The notes beneath the pieces are model-generated. The model worked only from the letters and a program-made list of their open reading frames with translations, was not told the DNA's origin and did no database searches. Both the position numbers and the translations under genes were made by a program. From assembly GCA_964581835.1 (NCBI GenBank), contig CAZOQY010000001.1, positions 1 through 36,810 on the forward strand: a stretch of 36,810 nucleotides of DNA, read 5' to 3'. The stretch is from an uncultured Streptomycetaceae bacterium (GTDB taxonomy: Bacteria; Pseudomonadota; Gammaproteobacteria; Burkholderiales; SG8-41). Each line of letters opens with the position of its first letter. The first letter of the stretch is position 1. Shown here piece by piece: positions 30,791 through 36,810 of the stretch.

Positions 30791-33067
30791 TCACGGCTGC
30801 GGCAGGCCGTTCAGCGCCGATCCGGCGCGAAACCAGCGGATGTGATCGTCGGAGCAGGTGTGGCGGAGCATCAGCGTCGCGCCGGTTCCGTCAGCATGCC
30901 GCACGCGGCACTCGACGGACTTCTCCGGCGCCAGGCCGGCGAGCCCGACCAGGTCGATGCGGTCGTCTTCGCGGATGAGGTCGTAGTCCGCGGGGTTTTC
31001 GAAAGTCAGCGCCAGCAATCCCTGCTTCTTCAGGTTGGCTTCGTGGATGCGCGCGAAGCTGCGGGCGATGATGGCCGCGCAGCCCAGGTATCGCGGAGAC
31101 AGCGCCGCGTGCTCGCGACTGCTGCCCTCGCCGTAGTTGGCATCGCCGACGGCGACCCATCTCAGCTTCTCCGCCTTGTAGTGCCGCGCGACGCGGGCTG
31201 CGGGCTGCGATTTTTCGCCGCTGAGCGCGTCGGTCACCTTGCCGGTCTCGCCGGTGCAGGCGTTCACGGCGCCGAGGAAGAGATTGTCGCTCGACCGGTC
31301 GATGTGGCCGCGGAAGCGCATCCAGGCGCCCGCCGGCGTGATCTGGTCGGTGGTGGTCTTGCCGCGCGCCTTGATCAGCACCGGCATGCCGGTGAAATCG
31401 CGGCCGTCCCACGCCGGCCATCTTTCGAGCAGTTGCAACCGCTCGCTGCGCGGGTCGATCGCGAGCGCGACCGTGCTGTCGTCTTCCGGCGGCGCGAGGT
31501 AGGCGCCCTTGATGTCGGCGAAGCCGGCCTGCGGCACGTCGGGCGCAGGGCCGGGCGGGTCGAGGCGGAATGGCTTGCCTTCCGCGTCGGTGAGGGAATC
31601 CGTCAACGGGTTGAAATCGAGCCGGCCGGCAAGCGCGAATGCCATGACGATTTCGGGACTCGCCAGGAAATTCTGCGTCGTCGCCCGGCCGTCGTTGCGC
31701 CCGGGAAAATTGCGGTTGTACGAGGACAGGATGGTATTCGGGGCATCCGCGGCCTGGCCGCTCCGGTCCCATTGCCCGATGCAGGGGCCGCAGGCATTGG
31801 CCAGCACGATGCCGCCGATTGCCTGCAGCGGTTGCATCAGCGCGTCCCGTTCCATCGTGGCGCGTATCTGCTCCGAGCCCGGCGTGATCAGCAGCGGCAC
31901 GGCGGCCCTGACGCCATGTGCCTGCGCCTGCCGTGCGATGCCGGCGGCGCGGCCCATGTCCTCGTAGGAAGAGTTGGTGCAACTGCCGATCAGCGCGGCG
32001 GACAGCTCGAGCGGGGCGTCGATGCGCTTTTCCCGCAGTTCCGTCGCCAGCGCGGACACCGGCCGGGCACGGTCGGGCGAGTGGGGCCCGGTGACGTGGG
32101 GTTCCAGCCGCGACAGGTCGAGTGAGATCACTCGGTCGTAGTGTTTCTCGGGCATTGCTTCAGCTTCCGCGTCCGGCGTCAGCAGGTGCGCGTGCCGCGC
32201 AATCAGCGGGATCAGGCCGCCGCGCCCGGTTGCCGCGAGGTAGCGGTTCATGCTCTCGTCGGCCGGGAACAGGGACGTCGTCGCGCCCAGTTCGGCGCCC
32301 ATGTTGGCGATCGTGGCCTTGCCGGTGGCGCTGAACGTGCGCGCGCCCGGCCCGATGTACTCGATGATCGCGTTGGTTCCGCCGGAAACCGTGAGCTGGC
32401 CGGCCAGCCACAAGATCACGTCCTTGGGGCTCGCCCAGCCGCCGAGCCGGCCGGTAAGGTGTACCGCGATGCGCCGGGGATACAGCACTTCCCAGGCCAG
32501 TCCGGCCATCACTTCGGCGGCTTCCGCGCCGCCGACGCCGATCGCGCACGCACCGAGGCCGCCCGCGTTGGGCGTGTGCGAATCGGTGCCGATGATCAGC
32601 TGGCCGGGAAAGGCGTAGTGCTCCAGCACCACCTGGTGGACGATGCCCGCGCCGGGCGCCCAGAAACCGGCGCCGTAGCGCGCCGCCGCCGTGCGCATGA
32701 AGTCGTAGATCTCGCGGTTCTGCGCGAGCGAGCGGCGCAGGTCGGCCTGGCCCTCGACCTGCGCCTGGATCAGGTGATCGCAGTGGATAGTCGTGGGCAC
32801 CGCCACCTGCCTGCGGCCGGTCTGGATGAACTGCAGCATCGCGGTCTGGCCCAGCACGTCGGGCAACACGACGCGATCGGGGCGCAGCTGCAGGTAGCTC
32901 GCGCCGGGCTCGAGCGCCTGGCGCGCGGGATCGGCGAGGTGCCCGAGCAGGGCCTTGTCCGCCAGGGTCAGCGGTTTTCCGAGGCGCCGGCGCGCGATTT
33001 CCAGGTTGCGCGCGGTCTTGTCGAAGATCGCCGCCGCCAGCTCCGGTGTCGCGTTCACGACCGGCAT
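30791..33067 (-). CDS. aconitate hydratase, mitochondrial-type (about 758 aa) architecture
   Basis: Motifs include IHCDHLI, IGTDSHTPNAGGLG, IGSCTNSSYEDM, ANACGPCIGQW, SYNRNFPGRNDG and GEGSSREHAAL, so the Fe-S cysteine ligands are present. It starts 10 bp after the prpD stop. Confidence 0.9.
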   Translation of the reverse strand: MPVVNATPELAAAIFDKTARNLEIARRRLGKPLTLADKALLGHLADPARQALEPGASYLQLRPDRVVLPDVLGQTAMLQFIQTGRRQVAVPTTIHCDHLIQAQVEGQADLRRSLAQNREIYDFMRTAAARYGAGFWAPGAGIVHQVVLEHYAFPGQLIIGTDSHTPNAGGLGACAIGVGGAEAAEVMAGLAWEVLYPRRIAVHLTGRLGGWASPKDVILWLAGQLTVSGGTNAIIEYIGPGARTFSATGKATIANMGAELGATTSLFPADESMNRYLAATGRGGLIPLIARHAHLLTPDAEAEAMPEKHYDRVISLDLSRLEPHVTGPHSPDRARPVSALATELREKRIDAPLELSAALIGSCTNSSYEDMGRAAGIARQAQAHGVRAAVPLLITPGSEQIRATMERDALMQPLQAIGGIVLANACGPCIGQWDRSGQAADAPNTILSSYNRNFPGRNDGRATTQNFLASPEIVMAFALAGRLDFNPLTDSLTDAEGKPFRLDPPGPAPDVPQAGFADIKGAYLAPPEDDSTVALAIDPRSERLQLLERWPAWDGRDFTGMPVLIKARGKTTTDQITPAGAWMRFRGHIDRSSDNLFLGAVNACTGETGKVTDALSGEKSQPAARVARHYKAEKLRWVAVGDANYGEGSSREHAALSPRYLGCAAIIARSFARIHEANLKKQGLLALTFENPADYDLIREDDRIDLVGLAGLAPEKSVECRVRHADGTGATLMLRHTCSDDHIRWFRAGSALNGLPQP

Positions 33068-33077
33068 GTCGGGAGGC

Positions 33078-34526
33078 CTAGGGACTCGCCAGCAGGTCGA
33101 ACAGTTCGTTGACCGGCGTTGCCGCGAGGCGCGAGCGGTCGCCGCACAATTCCATGATCCGCCGCCGCTGCGTCCCGGCGTAGATGCGCGCGACGTTGTT
33201 TGCGAACTTGCGCTCGAGCAGGGGAATGCCTTCCTGGCGCCGCTGCGGGTGGCCGACGGCGTACTCGACGTCGACGCGCGCCGTGCGGCTGCCGTCCCGG
33301 AAAGTGACCTGCATGGCGTTGGCGTTGGAGCGTTTCGCCGGGTCGAAAAAGCCGCGGGTGTAGGGGGCGTGCTCGTGCAGGACGATTTTTTTCCGAAGCG
33401 CGTCGATGCGCGGGTCGGCGGCGACCGCTTCCTCGTAGTCCGTCGATTCCAGGCGGCCGAAGATCATGCCGATTGCCGCGATGTACTGCATGCAGTGATC
33501 GCGCTCGGCGAAATTCCTGAGCGGCCCGGTCTTGTCGAGGATGGCGAGCGCGTAGCGGTGCGACCAGATGTCCACGCGCTTGATATCCTCCAGCCGGCCC
33601 GATACTGCAGGGTGCAGGCGGATGGCCGCCTCGGCCGCAGTCTGCGCGTGGATGCCGGCAGGGTAGGAGATCTTGTACTGCACGTTCTCGATGACGTAGT
33701 TGCCGTAGGGGCGCTGGAAGCGGAACGCCTGCCCCTTGTTGTGCACGGCGTAGAAGCCCCAGGTTTTCGCGGTGAGGGCGGAGGAGTAGCCCCCTTCGCC
33801 GCGCAGTGCCATCAGCGCGAGCCACGTCCCCCGGCCGGCGGCATCGCCCGCGGCCCAGGACTTGCGCGCGCCCGCTTCGCGGCCGCGCCGGAACAGCGCG
33901 AGCGTCTGGCCGTCCAGCCAGGCGTTGGAGACGGCGTTCATGATGTCTTCGCGCGTGCCGCCGAGCAGCTTTGTTACCACGGCGGCAGCGCCGATCTTGA
34001 TCAGCACCACGTGGTCGATACTCATGCGCGTGGTGAACCCGTTGGCGAGCGCGAGGCAACCCATGACCTCGTAGGCCCGGATCATGGCGTCCTCGACGTC
34101 GCGCACCGTCAGCGGCGGCTTGCCCCGTGCTACGCGGGTGCGGGAGTGCCAGTCCGCCGCGGCGAGCAGCCCGCCGAGGCAATCCGACGGGTGGATCACC
34201 GTCTCGCCGTAGAACGCGTCGTTGTAGTCGAGCCAGCGGATGAGGGTGCTGATGTTGAACGCGGCTTCGACGACGCCCAGCTCGTACGGCGTTCCCGGCA
34301 CGCGCGCGCCGTTCGCCACCGAGGTTCCCGGGGTCGAGGGGCCGAGCAGCAGGTTGCACCCCGGATAACCTCGCGCCTCGAACGCGCAACCGAGGCTGTC
34401 GATGAGACAGTAGTGCGCCGCCTGCCATGCGCGGTCGCCGCGTATGCGGTAGTCGTGCACGTAATCGGCGATGTCCCGGATGACCTTGTCGAACGCCGGG
34501 CGGCTGTTTCCGGATGGCGGGGCCAT
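33078..34526 (-). CDS. prpD: 2-methylcitrate dehydratase PrpD
   Basis: The ATG at 34526 overlaps the MFS gene stop (TGATG). The product is 482 aa. It follows E. coli PrpD closely: FNISTLIRWLDYND, HPSDCLGGLLAAADW, FRFQRPYGNYVIENVQYKISYPAGIHAQTA, GPLRNFAERDHCMQYIAAIGMIFGRL..DYE and EYAVGHPQRRQEGIP. Confidence 0.85.
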   Translation of the reverse strand: MAPPSGNSRPAFDKVIRDIADYVHDYRIRGDRAWQAAHYCLIDSLGCAFEARGYPGCNLLLGPSTPGTSVANGARVPGTPYELGVVEAAFNISTLIRWLDYNDAFYGETVIHPSDCLGGLLAAADWHSRTRVARGKPPLTVRDVEDAMIRAYEVMGCLALANGFTTRMSIDHVVLIKIGAAAVVTKLLGGTREDIMNAVSNAWLDGQTLALFRRGREAGARKSWAAGDAAGRGTWLALMALRGEGGYSSALTAKTWGFYAVHNKGQAFRFQRPYGNYVIENVQYKISYPAGIHAQTAAEAAIRLHPAVSGRLEDIKRVDIWSHRYALAILDKTGPLRNFAERDHCMQYIAAIGMIFGRLESTDYEEAVAADPRIDALRKKIVLHEHAPYTRGFFDPAKRSNANAMQVTFRDGSRTARVDVEYAVGHPQRRQEGIPLLERKFANNVARIYAGTQRRRIMELCGDRSRLAATPVNELFDLLASP

Positions 34527-35722
34527 CAGTTGCTTTCCATTGCCTGCGCCTTCCCGGCGCGGCGTTGCCACATCAGCCACAGCGTGGCCGCGGTGGCGAG
34601 CAGGAGGAAGGGCAGCGAGCCGATGTTGACCGCGTGCCAGCCGCTCTGGGAGAGCAGCATGCCGGAGGACGCGGACGAGATCGCCATCGTAAGGAACACC
34701 AGGAAATCGTTGGCGGCCTGCGTCTTGGCGCGCTCGGCCGGGGTGTGGCATTCGGTCAGCAGCGCCGAGCCGCCGACGTACATGAAGTTCCAGCCGACGC
34801 CCAGCAGGAACAGCGCCACCCAGAAATTGAGCAGCGCGGTGTCGGCGAGCGCGGCGAGGATGCAGACGAACAGCAGGGCGATGCCGGCGAGGATGACGTT
34901 CAGCACGCCGTAGCGGTTGATGAGCGAGCCGGTGAAGAACGACGGGCCGTACATCCCGATCATGTGCCACTGCAGGACGAAGGCCGCGTCGTGGAAGTGG
35001 TGGTCGTGCGCGCGCATGGCGAGCGGCGTCGAGGTCATGAAGAGATTCATGATGCCGTAGGACAGCATCGAGGCGAGCACCGCGACGACGAACACGGGCT
35101 GGCGCATGATCTCTTTCAGCGGTCGCCCCGAGTCCTTGCGCTCTTTCTCCGACAGCCGCGGAATGTCCAGCGGCATCAGGATCAGGGTCGTCAGCACGCA
35201 GACGACGATGATCGACAGGTACGATCCCATGTAGGCGTGCGCCGGCACCGCCTCGACCGTGTGCTTCGCCATCTCGGGGCCGACGATGCCGCCGAGGATG
35301 CCGCCGGCCAGCGTCAGCGAGATCGCCTTGGCGCGGAAATCCACCTCGGCGGCGTCGGCGGCGGCGAAGCGATAGTACTTGCCGAACGCGGAGAAGATGC
35401 CCATCACGCCCATGCCTGCGCACAACAGCCAGAAGTGGCCGAGGTACAGCGCGAGCGCGCAGATCGCGGCGCCGATCATGCCGGCCACCGTTCCCGCCTG
35501 GAAGCCGCCGCGGCGGCCGATTTGCCCCATCAGGAGCGACGCCGGTATGGTCGAGACCGCCGATCCCAGCACGTAGCAGGTGAGAGGGATCGTCGCGAGC
35601 GCCTTGTCGGTGGCGAGCGCGAAACCGGCCAGCCCGGTGACCGAGATCATCGTCGCGGTGGTCGTCTGCAGCGCGGCCTGGCAGCCGGACAGCACGAGCA
35701 CGTTGCGGTGTTGCTTTTCCAT
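34526..35722 (-). CDS. MFS transporter
   Basis: The ATG at 35722 (MEKQHRNVLVLSG) gives a 398-aa product with about 12 hydrophobic segments. It has an MFS loop motif, MGQIGRRGG. It is the first gene of the MFS-prpD-aconitase unit. Confidence 0.85.
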   Translation of the reverse strand: MEKQHRNVLVLSGCQAALQTTTATMISVTGLAGFALATDKALATIPLTCYVLGSAVSTIPASLLMGQIGRRGGFQAGTVAGMIGAAICALALYLGHFWLLCAGMGVMGIFSAFGKYYRFAAADAAEVDFRAKAISLTLAGGILGGIVGPEMAKHTVEAVPAHAYMGSYLSIIVVCVLTTLILMPLDIPRLSEKERKDSGRPLKEIMRQPVFVVAVLASMLSYGIMNLFMTSTPLAMRAHDHHFHDAAFVLQWHMIGMYGPSFFTGSLINRYGVLNVILAGIALLFVCILAALADTALLNFWVALFLLGVGWNFMYVGGSALLTECHTPAERAKTQAANDFLVFLTMAISSASSGMLLSQSGWHAVNIGSLPFLLLATAATLWLMWQRRAGKAQAMESN

Positions 35723-35777
35723 GATGCGGACGCGGATGCGTCGATGAAAATTCGAACAGGCGACACTATAGCTGAAC

Positions 35778-35812
35778 GCGTGAGGCATGAGGCGTGAGGA
35801 GAGAGGTGGAAG
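35778..35812. repeat. tandem heptamer array GCGTGAG GCATGAG GCGTGAG GAGAGAG GTGGAAG
   Basis: Five 7-nt units lie 13 nt upstream of the YdjM-like start (35825), in the divergent region shared with the MFS gene. Confidence 0.8.
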
Positions 35813-35824
35813 TAGAATCCGTCG

Positions 35825-36810
35825 ATGGACATACTCACGCATGGATTGCTCGGCGCGTCGCTGGCGCAGTCGGCGGCGCAGCCGCGAGAGGCGCGCATCG
35901 CCGCCGGCGTCGGGCTCGCGGCCGGCTTGCTGGCCGATGCCGATGCGTTGATCCGCAGCGCGTCCGACCCGCTGCTGGAGCTGGAGTTTCACCGACATTT
36001 CACGCACGCGCTCGCTTTCGTGCCGGTCGGGGCGCTGATCGCGGCGGCGATCCTGTGGCCGTTCCTGCGCAAGCGCATCGCTTTCCCGAGGCTCTATCTC
36101 TACGCTTTTCTCGGCTATGCGCTGGCGGGCTTCCTCGACGCCTGCACCAGCTACGGCACCCATCTCTTCTGGCCGTTCTCGGACGGCCGCGTGTCGTGGA
36201 GCCTCATTTCCATCGTCGACCCGGTGTTCACCGTGCTGCTGGCCGTGCCGCTGGCGTTCGGGATCATCAGGCAGAAAGCGCGAGCCGCGCAGATCGGGGT
36301 TGCGCTGGCCGCGGGCTATCTTGCACTCGGGCTGTTGCAGCACGGGCGGGTGGAATCGGCTGCGCGATCGCTGGCGGCGGAGCGGGGGCACCGGCCCGAG
36401 CGCCTGCTGGTGAAGCCGACGATCGGTAATCTTCTGCTGTGGCGCTCGACCTACGTCGCGGATGGCCGGATCCACGCCGACGGCATCCGTATCGGCGCGG
36501 GCGAAGCGCGCATCTATCGCGGCGAGTCTGTCGAGCTGTTCGATCCCGTTCGCGATTTGCCGTGGGCGCCGCCCGGGTCGGGCGCGCGCCTGCAGGCCGA
36601 GCGCTTCATGCGATTCTCCGACGGTTACGCTGCGCGGCATCCCGCCCGGCCGGATTTCGTCGGCGATGCGCGCTACGCCATGCTGCCGACCGCCGTCGCG
36701 CCGCTGTGGGGCATCGTCTACGACGGCAACCGGCCCGACTCGGGTGTCCGCTTCGTCACCGACCGCACGTTGACGCCGGAGACGCGGCAGCGGTTTCTCG
36801 ACATGCTGCT
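35825..36810 (+). CDS. YdjM/DUF457-family membrane-bound metal-dependent hydrolase, 3' end outside window (not in the supplied ORF track)
   Basis: I translated by hand from the ATG at 35825. The frame has no stop through to base 36810. The translation reads MDILTHGLLGASLAQSAAQPREARIAAGVGLAAGLLADADALIRSASDPLLELEFHRHFTHALAFVPVGALIAAAILWPF...YGTHLFWPFSDGRVSW.... The MD..THxxxG start and HRxxTH motif are typical of the family. Confidence 0.7.
   Translation, partial: MDILTHGLLGASLAQSAAQPREARIAAGVGLAAGLLADADALIRSASDPLLELEFHRHFTHALAFVPVGALIAAAILWPFLRKRIAFPRLYLYAFLGYALAGFLDACTSYGTHLFWPFSDGRVSWSLISIVDPVFTVLLAVPLAFGIIRQKARAAQIGVALAAGYLALGLLQHGRVESAARSLAAERGHRPERLLVKPTIGNLLLWRSTYVADGRIHADGIRIGAGEARIYRGESVELFDPVRDLPWAPPGSGARLQAERFMRFSDGYAARHPARPDFVGDARYAMLPTAVAPLWGIVYDGNRPDSGVRFVTDRTLTPETRQRFLDML

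Noticed and set aside
30791-35722. A complete methylcitrate-cycle (prp) operon.
   Set aside because: Only prpD and an aconitase are present. There is no prpB, prpC, prpR or acnD/prpF in the window, so I do not annotate it as a prp operon.

Overview
This is a GC-rich bacterial chromosomal segment; third codon positions are almost all G or C. Gene content looks like a Burkholderiales-type betaproteobacterium, but that cannot be proven from this window alone. I can support 41 protein-coding genes. I found no rRNA or tRNA genes, no CRISPR array, and no transposase, integrase or phage genes. All family calls rest on motif recognition by eye, and start codons are best guesses from RBS and frame inspection.

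Main themes:
- There are nine Bug/TctC-family periplasmic solute-binding protein genes and no TctA/TctB membrane partner. They are interleaved with organic-acid catabolic enzymes.
- A LysR regulator sits divergent from an HpcH-aldolase / MmgE-PrpD / phthalate-type Rieske oxygenase / Bug / CMD / beta-hydroxyacid dehydrogenase / MBL-lactonase-like cluster.
- An MFS-PrpD-aconitase operon and a separate Bug-PrpD pair bring the PrpD-superfamily count to three, with no prpB or prpC in the window.
- Single catabolic genes include an FMN alpha-hydroxyacid dehydrogenase, a type II HAD, a ComA-like phosphosulfolactate synthase, an SDR, a DHDPS-like protein and a cupin.

Less ordinary items:
- A zinc-ribbon / TM / GIDE / EF-hand membrane protein.
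- A compact trio of unassignable small ORFs upstream of yaiI, two of which are tandem paralogs.
- A family of short tandem heptamer (GNGTGAG-like) and nonamer arrays in intergenic leaders.
- An AT-rich nested-palindrome, MITE-like element between two convergent genes.
- SDR-like and DHDPS-like proteins whose canonical catalytic residues appear substituted.
- A SIMPL-domain gene with an apparent in-frame central deletion.
- A 3'-open YdjM-like gene at the right edge that the ORF track does not list.

I found no recognisable defence, secretion or toxin system. The candidates for something new are hypotheses that need database and experimental checks.
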